Source of the DNA: Clostridia bacterium
Lineage (GTDB): Bacteria; Bacillota; Clostridia; RGIG6154
DNA: 64,000 bases
Reading direction: 5' to 3'
Assembly (NCBI GenBank): GCA_045589295.1
Contig: JAZNOU010000007.1
Location: 81,393-145,392, forward strand
The translations under genes and the position numbers were made by a program. Below, one piece after another: positions 1 through 11,598 of this stretch (positions are counted from its first letter, which is position 1; each line of letters opens with the position of its first letter). Below the pieces are notes generated by a model. That model did not search any database. It was not told where the DNA came from and saw only the letters and a program-made list of their open reading frames with translations.

Positions 1-36
1 CAAAGTGATTTCCATTTTCTTAAGTTCTTGTAACAT
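1..36 (-). CDS. 5' end of a probable CopG/ribbon-helix-helix antitoxin (NdoAI-like), truncated by the window edge
   Basis: ATG at 36 reads MLQELKKMEITL..., resembling the N-terminal beta-strand of RHH proteins. It lies directly downstream of alr, where ndoAI-ndoA (mazEF) usually sits in Bacillota, and has its own sigmaA promoter. Confidence 0.45.
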   Translation of the reverse strand, partial: MLQELKKMEITL

Positions 37-87
37 ATCTCTTTTGCCCCCGCGTTTTAATTGAAAGGATTAAACTCCCCGTATATA

Positions 88-116
88 ATTATACACAATT
101 AAAAACCTAAGGTCAA
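88..116 (-). promoter_or_regulatory. sigmaA-type promoter for the gene downstream of alr
   Basis: TTGACC (116-111), 17-nt spacer, TATAAT (93-88). Confidence 0.65.
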
Positions 117-153
117 TAACAATAATATGGTATACTACCATTTTTTGTGACAA

Positions 154-1332
154 TCAATCAAGAAAATTAATTGCTTTTGTAACGTTTCCCTCTTTTAAGT
201 AAATTCTTGGAATTCTCTTTCCAACACCAGATAAAATCTCATAATTGATTGTATTAGAAAGATTGGCTATGTTTTCAACCGGTATAAAACTTTCACCTTG
301 AGTTCCAAATACAGTAACCTCATCACCCACACCTATATTATTGACAGAAGTTACGTCAATAATACATAGATCCATACAAATTCTTCCCAAAACAGGTACA
401 ATTTTTCCGCCAACAATCATACTTCCCTTATTGCTGATAGCTCTTGGAAGTCCGTCAGCATAGCCAACAGGAACAGTAGCAACAATTAAATCCGTTTGAG
501 CTTCATACGTCTTTCCATAACTTATCGGTGTGCCCTTTTGCACACTCTTAATATTAACCACACGGGTTTTGAACTGCATTACAGGTTTTAATTTGAAGTC
601 AACTTTAACTTCACTTGACGGGCAAACACCATAAATAATAATTCCCGGACGTACCATATCAAGGTGCATTTCAGGGAATTTAATTGTTGCAGCGCTATTA
701 CAGCAATGGCGGTATTTAAATGTAACACCATCATCTTTAAGTTTAGAAATTAACGACATAAACCTTTTAAATTGCAAATGTGTAAATTCATCATCGCTCT
801 CATCTGCAACAGAAAAATGTGTAAATATCCCCTCAGCATCAATTCCTTCTAAAGAAACAATTTGCTTGATTTCATTTTCTGCCTCGTTATCTAACTTGTC
901 AGAGCATCCATACAGATAACCAATTCTACCCATCCCTGTGTCAATTTTAATATGAATTTTAGCTTTTTTATTATTTTTTAAGGCAATTTCTGAAAGTGCT
1001 TTAGCATCATCTAAGCAAAAAACTGTTTGGGAAATATCATTTTTGATTATTTCTTCAAAACGCACTTTACCAGAACGGCCAAGAATTAAAATTGGTATAT
1101 TTACACCATTATTTCTCAAATGAATTGCCTCATCTACACAAGCAACACCCAGATATTCAACGCCATTCTCAATCAAAGTATTAGCAGTTTCTAAGCTGCC
1201 ATGCCCATAGGCATCAGCCTTTACAACAGCCATAATCTTAGTATTCTTATTTAAAATGGACTTTATATTTAAAATATTTGATTTTAATGAATCAAGATTT
1301 ACTTCAGCCCATGAACGATCACTATATATCAT
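154..1332 (-). CDS. alr: alanine racemase
   Basis: AVVKADAYGHG PLP-lysine motif, KIDTGMGRIG, GYADG, GRICMD, TINYE. Confidence 0.97.
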   Translation of the reverse strand: MIYSDRSWAEVNLDSLKSNILNIKSILNKNTKIMAVVKADAYGHGSLETANTLIENGVEYLGVACVDEAIHLRNNGVNIPILILGRSGKVRFEEIIKNDISQTVFCLDDAKALSEIALKNNKKAKIHIKIDTGMGRIGYLYGCSDKLDNEAENEIKQIVSLEGIDAEGIFTHFSVADESDDEFTHLQFKRFMSLISKLKDDGVTFKYRHCCNSAATIKFPEMHLDMVRPGIIIYGVCPSSEVKVDFKLKPVMQFKTRVVNIKSVQKGTPISYGKTYEAQTDLIVATVPVGYADGLPRAISNKGSMIVGGKIVPVLGRICMDLCIIDVTSVNNIGVGDEVTVFGTQGESFIPVENIANLSNTINYEILSGVGKRIPRIYLKEGNVTKAINFLD

Positions 1333-1344
1333 AAATATGCCTCT

Positions 1345-2208
1345 TTAAATTTCAGTAATTTTTTTAAACGCTATACCCAGATTATCAATAATATCACAAG
1401 GAGTCATTGAAAAATCTGTAAATTTCTCTTTTGCAATATCTCCTGCTAAACCATGAATATAAGCACCTGCAATTCCACTTTCAAAAGTAGGTAAGCCTTG
1501 TGCCGCCAATGCAACACAAATTCCAGTCAACACGTCTCCTGAACCACCCTTTGCCATCCCATTATTACCGGTTGGATTAACAAAAACATCCTTTCCATTT
1601 GTAATCACAGTATTTTTACCTTTTAAAAGAATATTCACGTTATACTCATTAGCAAAACTAACAGCATACTCAGTACGTTTATTGGAAATTTCCTCACACG
1701 AATTACCGCAAAGTCTGCTCATCTCACCAATATGCGGTGTTAGTAAAACATCTGCTTTACTTTTTTTTAAGATGTCAGGGTTAATCGCTAAAACATTAAT
1801 AGCATCTGCATCAATAATCATTTTTTTTGCGGTCATACAAAGTTCTTCCAAAACTGCCCTTACTCCATTGCCAACTCCTGCACCCGGACCGATTGCAACA
1901 GCATCACATTTGTCAGCGACAGTTAAAATTTGACGTACGGAATTTACAGTAATATCTCCGTCTTTATCGTCAACAGGACACGTCATAACCTCGGTTAATT
2001 TTATTTCAAAAATGTTATTTAAAGAACGGGGTACAGCCGCGGTAATAAGACCTGCACCCGATTTCAGTGCAGCATTTGCACACATACAAACGGCTCCTGT
2101 AAGGCCGGTGCTACCACCAATAATGAGCACTCTTCCTCTGTGTCCCTTATGGATATAATCATCAAATTCCGGCAACATTTTGCTCACGTATTCTATGTTG
2201 GTAATCAT
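1345..2208 (-). CDS. nnrD: ADP-dependent NAD(P)H-hydrate dehydratase (YjeF C-terminal domain only)
   Basis: HKGHRG, GGS..TGA, IGPG, DADA, TPHIGE, LLKG and GGSGDVLTG motifs; upstream of alr. Confidence 0.9.
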   Translation of the reverse strand: MITNIEYVSKMLPEFDDYIHKGHRGRVLIIGGSTGLTGAVCMCANAALKSGAGLITAAVPRSLNNIFEIKLTEVMTCPVDDKDGDITVNSVRQILTVADKCDAVAIGPGAGVGNGVRAVLEELCMTAKKMIIDADAINVLAINPDILKKSKADVLLTPHIGEMSRLCGNSCEEISNKRTEYAVSFANEYNVNILLKGKNTVITNGKDVFVNPTGNNGMAKGGSGDVLTGICVALAAQGLPTFESGIAGAYIHGLAGDIAKEKFTDFSMTPCDIIDNLGIAFKKITEI

Positions 2209-2720
2209 GCTCTTCTTTCAACTTTTCTTGGCATAACTGTCAAAAAATGTAATATCACTTTTTCATCATCTACTATAACAAGTTTTTCAAGACCACTTTT
2301 GCCTTTAAAAATTATAGCGTAATTAGTGTCCTCATTTCTGCTTTTTGCCGCAAAATAGGTCTTTTTTATTGCCATTGTTTTTAATTCATCACACTGTGCA
2401 GGAAGAATTTTTTCAATTCTGTCTTTAGTTACAGCAACAAATCTTTTCCTTCTTTTTTTAGCAAAAATACGATCAATATCAATATCCCCGTTGACAATAC
2501 AATATTCAAATTCTACATCAGTTGTTTGCGCAAACTTATATGCAACATATACTACAACTGCAGCAAAGAACAATCCCATAGTGTTAAGAATTGGAATCAT
2601 CGCCGCAATCATCATTGATAAAATTGCCCCTGCAAATGCTGCAATAACAATACCCGTCTTTTTTAATACATCGATTTTATCAGGTTCTTTTTTAACAAGA
2701 CATTCTGTAATCTGTTCCAT
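2205..2720 (-). CDS. conserved clostridial membrane protein (DUF6106-like)
   Basis: Two N-terminal TM helices followed by EFEY...GDIDIDRIFAKKRRKR; stop overlaps the nnrD start. Confidence 0.7.
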   Translation of the reverse strand: MEQITECLVKKEPDKIDVLKKTGIVIAAFAGAILSMMIAAMIPILNTMGLFFAAVVVYVAYKFAQTTDVEFEYCIVNGDIDIDRIFAKKRRKRFVAVTKDRIEKILPAQCDELKTMAIKKTYFAAKSRNEDTNYAIIFKGKSGLEKLVIVDDEKVILHFLTVMPRKVERRA

Positions 2721-2780
2721 ATTTGGTTCCTCTCTTTCTTTTGTTATTCTATTTTAACATTTTTTGTAAAAATAATCAAG

Positions 2781-5606
2781 TTATTTCAATATCCGTTTCA
2801 AATAATGACCAGTATACGATTTTTTGCATTTGGCAACTTCCTCTGGAGTTCCTGCTGCAACTACTGTTCCGCCATTATTGCCACCATCAGGCCCCATATC
2901 AATTATATAGTCCGCACACTTTATTACATCAAGATTGTGCTCAATGACAATAACAGTATTTCCTGCATCAACAAGTTTTTGTAAAACTTCTTCAAGTTTG
3001 TGTACATCTGCTGAATGCAGACCCGTAGTAGGTTCGTCTAAAATGTAAACTGTTTTCCCCGTACTGCGTTTTGAAAGCTCAGTCGCAAGTTTCACGCGTT
3101 GTGATTCGCCGCCTGAGAGTGTTGTTGCAGGTTGACCAAGTGTTACATATCCCAGTCCCACATCAAAAAGTGTTTGTAGCTTTCGCTTCACCGACGGAAT
3201 ATTTTCAAAAAACCCAAGTGCTTCTTCAACAGTCATATTCAACACTTCGCTAATGTTTTTTCCTTTGTACTTAACTTCCAGAGTTTCCCTGTTGTATCTC
3301 TTACCTTTACAAACTTCACAAGGCACAAATACATCAGGCAAAAAGTGCATTTCAATTTTTATAATACCATCGCCGCTGCAAGCTTCGCATCTTCCACCTT
3401 TGACATTAAAACTGAATCTCCCGGGTCCATAGCCTCTCGCCTGCGCTTCTTGCGTTGAAGCGAACAAATCTCTTATATCATTAAATAGCCCTGTATATGT
3501 TGCAGGATTCGAACGTGGTGTTCTACCTATCGGGCTTTGATCAATCTGTATTACTTTATCAAGATGCTCTATACCCAGAATATCTTTTGCTTTACCAGCC
3601 TTTTTCCTTGCACGATTTAATTTCGTTGCCAAAGTTTTATAAAGAATTTCGTTTATGAGTGTACTTTTCCCTGATCCTGAAACACCTGTTACAACTGTCA
3701 TTACACCCAGAGGAATTTCAACATCGATATTTTTTAAATTATTCTCGGTGGCACCTACTATTTTCAACCTTTTGTCAGTGATATCACGCCTTTTTTCAGG
3801 AATGGCAATTTCAATTTCTCCACTCAAATACTTACCGGTTATACTTTCTTTGCATTTTGTAATCTCATCTACAGTGCCTGCATACACTATGTTTCCGCCG
3901 TGAACACCTGCACCGGGGCCAATATCTATTATATAGTCCGCTTCGCGCATTGTTTCTTCATCGTGTTCTACAACAATAACACTGTTACCAAGATCCCTTA
4001 AATTTTTAAGTGTTGCTATAAGTTTGTCATTATCCTTTTGATGAAGCCCTATGCTTGGTTCATCTAAAATATACAAAACGCCCATAAGACTTGAACCAAT
4101 TTGTGTTGCAAGCCTTATTCTCTGTGCTTCACCGCCCGAAAGTGTTCTTGCACCTCTTGAAAGCGTCAGATAATCAAGCCCTACGTCAACCAAAAAACCC
4201 ATTCTTGACTTAAGCTCTTTTAATATCATATCAGCAATTATTTTTTCTTTGTCGGTCAAGTTTAAGGATTTTATAAATTCAAGCCCATCAGAAATAGACA
4301 TATCTGTAAGTTCAATAATATTTTTACCGCCGACAGTCACAGAAAGACTTTCTTTTTTCAAACGTTTTCCGTTACATTCGGGGCAAATCATATTTACCAT
4401 TTGTGACTCATATTCTGTTTTTTGTGCTTCCGAGGTAGTTTCTGCATACTTTCTCTCAAAATTGGATATTACACCCTCAAATCTTGCAAAATAAGTCCCT
4501 CCTGAATACTCCCTTTGATATTCAAACTTAATTTTTTCATCCCCTGTGCCATACAAAAGTTTATCCTGATATTCTTCAGGGATATCTTTAAATGGTGTTG
4601 TCATTTCAAATCCATAGTGCTTTGCAAGAGCTGAATAATACATATATGCCATACTTTTAGGATTATCTGCAGAATTCCATCCACTTGCAACGATAGCACC
4701 TTCTATAAGGCTTTTATTAGGATCTGGAACAACTTGTTGAGGGTCAATTTTTAGCTGTTCACCCAGACCTGTACAATGTTGGCAAGCACCAAACGGACTA
4801 TTAAACGAAAACATTCGCGGAGTAAGTTCTTCAATACTTATACCACAATCAGGACATGCATAATTCTGACTGAACAACATTTCCTCATCGCCGATTACAT
4901 CAATTATAACGTTGCCTGATGCAAGCTTAAGTGCTGTTTCAACCGAATCTGTAAGACGCTTTTGCATATCATCTCTCTTGACAAGTCTGTCAATAATAAT
5001 ACTAACATCGTGTTTTTTATTTTTATCCATAGGAATTTTATCTGTAAGTTCATAAATAATACCGTCAACCTTCGCTCTTACATATCCGCTTTTTGCAGCA
5101 TCGTTAAGCAACTTTGCATGTTCGCCTTTTCTTCCGCGAATTAGTGGTGCCAACACTTGAAATTTAGTACCATCAGGAAGCTTTAAAACCTTATCAACAA
5201 TCTCATCAACTGATTGTTGCTTGATTTCCTTGTGGCATTTCGGGCAATGAACTATACCGATTCTTGCATATAAAAGTCTTAAATAATCATAAATTTCAGT
5301 TACAGTACCTACTGTTGACCTTGGATTTCTGCTGGTTGTTTTCTGATCAATTGAAATTGCAGGCGACAATCCCTCGATATAATCAACATCCGGCTTGTCC
5401 ATCTGCCCTAAAAACATTCGTGCATACGAAGAAAGCGATTCAACATAACGCCTTTGTCCTTCAGCATATATGGTATCAAATGCAAGTGAAGATTTACCTG
5501 AACCGCTAAGCCCGGTAATAACTACAAGCTTATCCCTTGGGATTTCAATATCAATATTTTTTAAATTGTGTTCTCTTGCGCCCTTTATATAAATATTTTC
5601 TCTCAT
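2781..5606 (-). CDS. uvrA: excinuclease ABC subunit A
   Basis: GAREHNLKN, two Walker A motifs ([16 protein letters not shown]), zinc fingers, LSGGEAQR. Confidence 0.99.
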   Translation of the reverse strand: MRENIYIKGAREHNLKNIDIEIPRDKLVVITGLSGSGKSSLAFDTIYAEGQRRYVESLSSYARMFLGQMDKPDVDYIEGLSPAISIDQKTTSRNPRSTVGTVTEIYDYLRLLYARIGIVHCPKCHKEIKQQSVDEIVDKVLKLPDGTKFQVLAPLIRGRKGEHAKLLNDAAKSGYVRAKVDGIIYELTDKIPMDKNKKHDVSIIIDRLVKRDDMQKRLTDSVETALKLASGNVIIDVIGDEEMLFSQNYACPDCGISIEELTPRMFSFNSPFGACQHCTGLGEQLKIDPQQVVPDPNKSLIEGAIVASGWNSADNPKSMAYMYYSALAKHYGFEMTTPFKDIPEEYQDKLLYGTGDEKIKFEYQREYSGGTYFARFEGVISNFERKYAETTSEAQKTEYESQMVNMICPECNGKRLKKESLSVTVGGKNIIELTDMSISDGLEFIKSLNLTDKEKIIADMILKELKSRMGFLVDVGLDYLTLSRGARTLSGGEAQRIRLATQIGSSLMGVLYILDEPSIGLHQKDNDKLIATLKNLRDLGNSVIVVEHDEETMREADYIIDIGPGAGVHGGNIVYAGTVDEITKCKESITGKYLSGEIEIAIPEKRRDITDKRLKIVGATENNLKNIDVEIPLGVMTVVTGVSGSGKSTLINEILYKTLATKLNRARKKAGKAKDILGIEHLDKVIQIDQSPIGRTPRSNPATYTGLFNDIRDLFASTQEAQARGYGPGRFSFNVKGGRCEACSGDGIIKIEMHFLPDVFVPCEVCKGKRYNRETLEVKYKGKNISEVLNMTVEEALGFFENIPSVKRKLQTLFDVGLGYVTLGQPATTLSGGESQRVKLATELSKRSTGKTVYILDEPTTGLHSADVHKLEEVLQKLVDAGNTVIVIEHNLDVIKCADYIIDMGPDGGNNGGTVVAAGTPEEVAKCKKSYTGHYLKRILK

Positions 5607-5613
5607 TTTAACC

Positions 5614-7569
5614 TCAATCCTGTTGTTCTTTTAGTTCTGCAATTTTATCTCTCAGCATTGCCGCACGCTCGAACATAAGATTTTTTGCAGCTAGCTTCAT
5701 TTCTTTTGTAAGCTCCTCTATTACCATTTCAACATCATCAATAACCCCGATATTTGTTGCCTGTTCATCATATTTAACAGCTTCAATAACATCACGAACA
5801 TCTTTAACAATGCTTTTGGGAATAATTCCGTATTTTTTATTAAAATTCATCTGAATTTCTCTGCGCCTATTAGTTTCGTCAATGGCACGTTTCATACTGT
5901 CAGTTATAGTATCTGCATACATTATAACTTTGCCATTTACATTTCTTGCAGCTCTTCCTATAGTTTGAATGAGCGACGTTTCACTTCGCAAAAAGCCTTC
6001 TTTATCAGCATCTAAAATTGCAACCAGCGACACCTCAGGAATATCCAAACCTTCTCTTAATAGGTTGATCCCCACCAAAACATCAAACTTTTTAAGTCTT
6101 AAATCTCTGATAATTTCCATTCTTTCAATAGTTTTTACATCAGAGTGCAAATATCTTACTTTAATGCCAGCTTCATCTAGAAATTCCGTAAGACTTTCTG
6201 CCATTTTCTTTGTGAGGGTTGTAACTAAAACCCTTTCGCTCACTTCTAATCTTTTATTAATTTCTGAAAGAAGATGGTCAATCTGTCCTGTTCTTCCCAC
6301 AACCATAACCTCCGGATCTACCAAACCCGTAGGACGATTAATCTGTTCCACAACTGCATCAGATTTTTGTTTTTCATATTCAGCCGGGGTTGCACTTACA
6401 TATACCACTTGCCCTATTTTACCCTCAAATTCTTCAAAACAAAGCGGACGGTTATCATATGCACTTGGAAGTCTAAATCCATAGTCTACAAGACTCTTTT
6501 TCCTCGAACGATCGCCTGCATACATAGCTCTTACCTGAGGTATTGTAACATGAGCCTCATCAACAACCAAAAGAAAGTCATCGGGGAAATAATCAAGAAG
6601 TGTAAATGGCGCTGAGCCTGCTTTTCTTCCGCTAATATGTCTTGAATAATTTTCGATACCCTGACAAAAACCTGTTTCCAGCATCATTTCTATATCATAG
6701 TTTGTACGTTGCTCAATCCTTTGAGCTTCAACCGCCATATCTCTATCATTAAAGAATTTAATGCGCTCTTCTAATTCATCTTTTATATCCTTAATAGCTG
6801 TGTGCATTTTCTCTTTCGTTGTTACGTAGTGTGATTTAGGAAATATCACCGCGTGATTTCTAACACCAATAACTTCTCCAGTTACGACATTTATTTCTGT
6901 TATACGGTCAATTTCATCACCAAAAAATTCAACTCTAATTGAATTTTCATGTGAGTTTGAAGGAACTATTTCAATTATATCACCACGAACTCTGAATTTA
7001 CCTCTTGAAAAATCTATATCATTTCTTTCATACTGCATTTCTATAAGGCGCATTATGACCTCGTCACGATCTTTGTTCATACCAACTCTTAAAGAAAGTA
7101 CCATTGTGTTATAGTCGATAGGATCACCCAAACCATAAATACAAGAAACTGACGAAACAATTATAACATCACGTCTTTCAAAAAGTGATGCCGTAGCGCT
7201 GTGACGCAGTTTATCAATATCATCATTTATCGAAGCATCTTTTTCAATATAAGTATCAGTATGCGGAATATATGCCTCAGGTTGATAATAATCGTAATAT
7301 GATACAAAAAACTCAACTGCATTTTCCGGAAAAAACTCTTTAAATTCGCTACAAAGCTGTGCCGCCAGTGTTTTATTGTGTGCAAGTACAATAGTAGGTC
7401 TGTTGACTTTTTCTATTACTTTTGCAATAGTATAAGTTTTACCAGAACCTGTAACCCCTTTTAATATCTGACCACAGAGACCATTATTAATACCCTGTAC
7501 TAACGCATTGATTGCCTCAGGCTGATCGCCTGCAGGTTCATATTTTGATACTACCTTAAAATCGGGCAT
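5614..7569 (-). CDS. uvrB: excinuclease ABC subunit B
   Basis: [27 protein letters not shown] beta-hairpin, C-terminal UVR motif. Confidence 0.99.
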   Translation of the reverse strand: MPDFKVVSKYEPAGDQPEAINALVQGINNGLCGQILKGVTGSGKTYTIAKVIEKVNRPTIVLAHNKTLAAQLCSEFKEFFPENAVEFFVSYYDYYQPEAYIPHTDTYIEKDASINDDIDKLRHSATASLFERRDVIIVSSVSCIYGLGDPIDYNTMVLSLRVGMNKDRDEVIMRLIEMQYERNDIDFSRGKFRVRGDIIEIVPSNSHENSIRVEFFGDEIDRITEINVVTGEVIGVRNHAVIFPKSHYVTTKEKMHTAIKDIKDELEERIKFFNDRDMAVEAQRIEQRTNYDIEMMLETGFCQGIENYSRHISGRKAGSAPFTLLDYFPDDFLLVVDEAHVTIPQVRAMYAGDRSRKKSLVDYGFRLPSAYDNRPLCFEEFEGKIGQVVYVSATPAEYEKQKSDAVVEQINRPTGLVDPEVMVVGRTGQIDHLLSEINKRLEVSERVLVTTLTKKMAESLTEFLDEAGIKVRYLHSDVKTIERMEIIRDLRLKKFDVLVGINLLREGLDIPEVSLVAILDADKEGFLRSETSLIQTIGRAARNVNGKVIMYADTITDSMKRAIDETNRRREIQMNFNKKYGIIPKSIVKDVRDVIEAVKYDEQATNIGVIDDVEMVIEELTKEMKLAAKNLMFERAAMLRDKIAELKEQQD

Positions 7570-7741
7570 ATATTCACCTCCTGTATAAAAATCATATTTT
7601 TTGACAAAACAAAACTATATCATTTTAAGTATAACATAGTCTTATATTTTTTTCAACAAAAAGCAACAAATAAGAAACTTCCTAATACTTCTATTTTGTT
7701 TTTTTATCACAAACTTATAACATATTAAAACTTAAATTTAA

Positions 7742-7774
7742 AAGGCAGAATAAGGTAACTCCTTATTCTGCCTT
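7742..7774 (-). terminator. intrinsic terminator after the GT2 gene
   Basis: Perfect 14-bp stem AAGGCAGAATAAGG/CCTTATTCTGCCTT with T-rich tail on the minus strand. Confidence 0.8.
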
Positions 7775-7783
7775 AAAATCAAA

Positions 7784-9037
7784 TTATTTATTAATTTCTT
7801 GTAATGAAATTGTTCTTGTGTGTTGCGTATGGAACCATTCCTTATTGTTTTTCTTTACAACACCTACTATTGCAATAGGGAACCATGTAAATGTGTAGAA
7901 ATAATATGGTATATACCCCTTTACAACTTTCCAGTTCATTTTACCTTCTAACAGCAAAACTGTAGGCAAATATAACAACTGTCCAATTACAATTGCATTC
8001 CAAATTATTGGTGAATTAAACAAATATTGCATCTGGAAAAAACCAAAATCACCATTAGGGTAAAATGTTTGAAGATAACCCATAAGAAGTATCATAAACA
8101 TAGCAATAAGTCTGATTGGCTGAAAAAGATAGAACGCACAATCAATTGGGATGATATTTCTGTCTTTAAAACCTTTTTTAACAAGTTTAAAGAAAAATCT
8201 GTTTGCCACATCTGCATGACCTTGCATCCATCTTACTCTCTGCTTATAAGACTGGCTGAAAGTGATTGGCTTTTCATCATATACAATAGCATCATGAGCC
8301 CATGCAACTTTATAGTTGTTAAGTGCAAGTTTCATGGTAAATTCCATATCTTCTGCAAGACAGGTAGCTCCCCAGCCAATTTCCTTTATAATATCAGTTG
8401 AAAGTGCAAAACCTGTTCCGCAAAGCTGACAACACATTCCGAGTGTATATCTTGCATACTGGAACAATCTATTAATGCTCCAGAAAGAAATTGCATATGA
8501 AAGTGTTATCCATGAGTCATAAGGATTTTTTGTATCAATGTAACCCTGTACAGCTCTGTAACCTCTGTTAAACTGTCTGTTCATCTGATTGAGGAATTCA
8601 GGATGCACAACGTTATCAGCATCAAAAACACAAATACCGTCAAACTGAGTTTCCATAGCAAAAATCTTCTCAAACATCCATTCGAGAGCATGACCTTTGC
8701 CCTTTAAAGTATCATTAAATCTTTCATGCACACAAGCGCCATGTTTTCTTGCAACATCAGCTGTTTCATCATCACAATTATCTGCAATAACAAAAACCTC
8801 ATAGGCATCTTTCGGATAATTAAGCGTATTCAAAGAGTCAATAAGATTACCGATTACCGCCTGCTCGTTATGTGCAGCTACTACCATTGCAAACTTGTGA
8901 GTTTTTGTGCCCGTATTTTTACATGCAGGCTCTTTTTTAAATAAGCAACCAACCAACGAAATAACAGTATAATATCCACCAAGCACTAACATTAAAATCT
9001 GAAGTACCATGCTGAATATGTATGACACAGTAGTCAT
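7784..9037 (-). CDS. membrane-bound family 2 glycosyltransferase (cellulose-synthase/PgaC-like)
   Basis: AHNE, ADNCDD, KGKG.AL, FDADN, AED and QRVRW processive motifs plus TM helices. Start placed at ATG 9037 after AGGAG. Confidence 0.9.
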   Translation of the reverse strand: MTTVSYIFSMVLQILMLVLGGYYTVISLVGCLFKKEPACKNTGTKTHKFAMVVAAHNEQAVIGNLIDSLNTLNYPKDAYEVFVIADNCDDETADVARKHGACVHERFNDTLKGKGHALEWMFEKIFAMETQFDGICVFDADNVVHPEFLNQMNRQFNRGYRAVQGYIDTKNPYDSWITLSYAISFWSINRLFQYARYTLGMCCQLCGTGFALSTDIIKEIGWGATCLAEDMEFTMKLALNNYKVAWAHDAIVYDEKPITFSQSYKQRVRWMQGHADVANRFFFKLVKKGFKDRNIIPIDCAFYLFQPIRLIAMFMILLMGYLQTFYPNGDFGFFQMQYLFNSPIIWNAIVIGQLLYLPTVLLLEGKMNWKVVKGYIPYYFYTFTWFPIAIVGVVKKNNKEWFHTQHTRTISLQEINK

Positions 9038-9184
9038 TTTTTTCACTCCTTTTTTAAACCAACGTACATAATACACTATTTTTCAAAAAAAATCAAGTCT
9101 TTTTTTATATTTAATGAAATATTGTAGACTTTTTCTCAAAAATAGTGTAAAGTATTACTATAAACTTGAAAGTGGAGTGAAGAT

Positions 9185-10528
9185 ATGGCAAAGAGCAAAA
9201 CTGTATTTATTTGTTCAGAATGTGGATACAAGACTGCAAAATGGTCTGGCAAGTGTCCCGAATGTAACAGTTGGAACACGATGACCGAAGAAGTCGAAGT
9301 AGTTGCAGACACAACTTTTTTTCAACCTAAAATCACACAAGGTGCTACTCCTATCAATGATATTACTTCATCTGCCGAAAGCAGATTTACTGGCGGTTCT
9401 AAAGAACTTGACCGCGTACTCGGTGGCGGCATTGTTGAAGGTTCTTTGATTTTAATAGGTGGTGAACCGGGCATTGGAAAATCCACTCTTCTCCTCCAGA
9501 TTTGCAAATCAATAAAAGAAGATGTTTTATATATTTCCGGTGAAGAATCTCCTTCACAAATTAAGATGCGCGCTAAAAGGCTTTCTGTAGATAAGGAAAA
9601 TTTATCCATATTATGCAACACAAATCTTTCAAATATACTTGCCAACATAGAAGCAAAAAAACCAAAAGTTGCAATTATTGACTCAATACAAACCATTTAT
9701 TCAAAAGAAATTTCTTCTGCTCCAGGTAGCGTTAGTCAAGTACGACAAGTTACACTCATGCTTATGAAACTCGCCAAAAGTCTTAACATAACAATTTTTA
9801 TCGTAGGGCATGTAACCAAGGATGGTTCAATTGCAGGTCCAAGGGTCTTGGAGCACATGGTGGACAGCGTATTATATTTTGAAGGTGACAGTTCACACAC
9901 ATTCAGACTTTTAAGAGCGGTTAAAAACCGTTTTGGTTCTACCAACGAAGTAGGTATTTTTGAAATGACCGATTGTGGACTTAACGACATTAAAAACCCA
10001 TCTTCAACATTTTTAAATGAGTATGACAAACCAATTGCAGGTAACTGCATAACCTGCACCGTGGAAGGTACAAGGCCAATTTTAACCGAAGTACAAGCAC
10101 TTACCTGCCCTACTTTCTTGCCTGTTCCCAGAAGAACTGCTTCAGGCATTGATCAACACAGAGTTGTACTTTTAATGGCTGTTTTGGAAAAAAGACTAAA
10201 ACTAAATCTTTCAAATTACGACACTTATATAAATATTGCAGGCGGTATGCGTCTTTCTGAACCGGCATCTGACTTAGCTGTTGCACTTTCAATATATTCA
10301 AATTATAAAGATATTATTATCGGTAATTCAACTGTTATTTTTGGCGAAATCGGTCTTTCTGGTGAAGTTCGTTCTGTCACGGCTGCTGAAAGCAGGATTA
10401 AAGAGTGTAAAAAATTAGGCTTTGAAAAAATAATAATCCCATTTTCCAATTACACTTCTTTAAAAGAGAAGACTGGTGTTGTTGGGGTCAAAAATATATC
10501 CGATGCCATAAAGGCTATCTCAAATTAA
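9185..10528 (+). CDS. radA: DNA repair protein RadA/Sms
   Basis: C4 zinc finger, GEPGIGKS, KNRFG motif, Lon-like C-terminus. Confidence 0.98.
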   Translation: MAKSKTVFICSECGYKTAKWSGKCPECNSWNTMTEEVEVVADTTFFQPKITQGATPINDITSSAESRFTGGSKELDRVLGGGIVEGSLILIGGEPGIGKSTLLLQICKSIKEDVLYISGEESPSQIKMRAKRLSVDKENLSILCNTNLSNILANIEAKKPKVAIIDSIQTIYSKEISSAPGSVSQVRQVTLMLMKLAKSLNITIFIVGHVTKDGSIAGPRVLEHMVDSVLYFEGDSSHTFRLLRAVKNRFGSTNEVGIFEMTDCGLNDIKNPSSTFLNEYDKPIAGNCITCTVEGTRPILTEVQALTCPTFLPVPRRTASGIDQHRVVLLMAVLEKRLKLNLSNYDTYINIAGGMRLSEPASDLAVALSIYSNYKDIIIGNSTVIFGEIGLSGEVRSVTAAESRIKECKKLGFEKIIIPFSNYTSLKEKTGVVGVKNISDAIKAISN

Positions 10529-10886
10529 ATTTTCCTAAAATCCTTATGTTTTGATTTTCTCTTTCAATTATATCCGCAGGGTTGTAACCCAATAAAAGCA
10601 TAAGCGAAATTAAATAAAACGTACTTTGCCCGAGTTCTTTTTCTATTTCTTGTTTGCACGAAGGGCAAAGTTCACCTTTTGCAAGAACTGGAACAGCCTC
10701 GTCTAAACCGCAAGGCTGTTTTTTCGCACAAAACTCTATACATCCGCAATGTGTAGCAGCTTTTGTTATTGCCCTTATTGCCTTTTCCAAAGAAAGTTGT
10801 GATTTGCTCATTGTATCTACTAAACTTCTGTTACGCTTGTAGTATTTGTTTATTGTTTCACTTATATCCTTAATACAATTACTCAT
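10515..10886 (-). CDS. conserved clostridial hypothetical protein (Cys-containing, possibly MazG-like helical fold)
   Basis: KAATHCGCI and LCPSC motifs and an EKELG..FYL helix; strong RBS; found between radA and carD as in other Clostridia. Confidence 0.7.
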   Translation of the reverse strand: MSNCIKDISETINKYYKRNRSLVDTMSKSQLSLEKAIRAITKAATHCGCIEFCAKKQPCGLDEAVPVLAKGELCPSCKQEIEKELGQSTFYLISLMLLLGYNPADIIERENQNIRILGKFNLR

Positions 10887-10985
10887 TTTCTGCCTTCCTT
10901 TCCTTTTGCTGTATCTACAACACTAATTATATACTCCACACCTTGAAAATGCTGTCATTTTTTAAAATATTTTTTAAATTATATT

Positions 10986-11014
10986 TTGACTTTTTAATAA
11001 AAATATGGTATAAT
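10986..11014 (+). promoter_or_regulatory. sigmaA promoter of the carD-ispD-ispF-proS region
   Basis: TTGACT, 17 nt, TG-G-TATAAT. Confidence 0.7.
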
Positions 11015-11057
11015 TTATACATATTTGGGAATATTTTATTTCCCTGGAGGTGAGTGT

Positions 11058-11534
11058 TTGTATAATATAGGCGAAAAGATTGTTTATCCTATGCATGGTG
11101 CAGGTATAATTGAAGCAATCGAAGAAAAAGAAATTTTAGGAATAATGCAGAAATATTACATACTTAAAATCGCTACTACCAACATGGACATTATGGTCCC
11201 TGTTGCTACTGCTGACGATATTGGGGTAAGGCCTATAATTGACCAGAATGATTTATGCAACATATTTGATGAAATCAAGCACTACGAAGAAACCGACGAA
11301 CTAAACTGGAATAAGAGATACCGCCTTAATTTGCAAAAAATAAAAACAGGCAGCATTGTAGAAGTTGGTCAGGTTATCAAAAGTTTGCTACTCAGGGAAA
11401 ACATAAAAGCACTTTCGACTTGTGAAAAGAAAATGCTTAATAATGCCCGTCAGATTATGGCTAGTGAAATTGTTCTTGCCACCGGCAGAGAACTTGAAGA
11501 TATCGAGCTTCAGATTGACAGTTTAATTTGTTAA
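11058..11534 (+). CDS. carD: CarD-family transcriptional regulator
   Basis: IGEKIVYPMHGAG..., WNKRYR. TTG start after GGAGG. Confidence 0.92.
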   Translation: MYNIGEKIVYPMHGAGIIEAIEEKEILGIMQKYYILKIATTNMDIMVPVATADDIGVRPIIDQNDLCNIFDEIKHYEETDELNWNKRYRLNLQKIKTGSIVEVGQVIKSLLLRENIKALSTCEKKMLNNARQIMASEIVLATGRELEDIELQIDSLIC

Positions 11535-11598
11535 TATTGTTTACAAAGATGAGTTGTATTTTATGCAGCTCATCAATAATTATTAAAGAGGTTAAAAC

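Noticed and set aside
5969-6615. 171-aa and 113-aa plus-strand ORFs
   Set aside because: Antisense to uvrB; typical reverse-frame artefacts, like most other short ORFs in the track.
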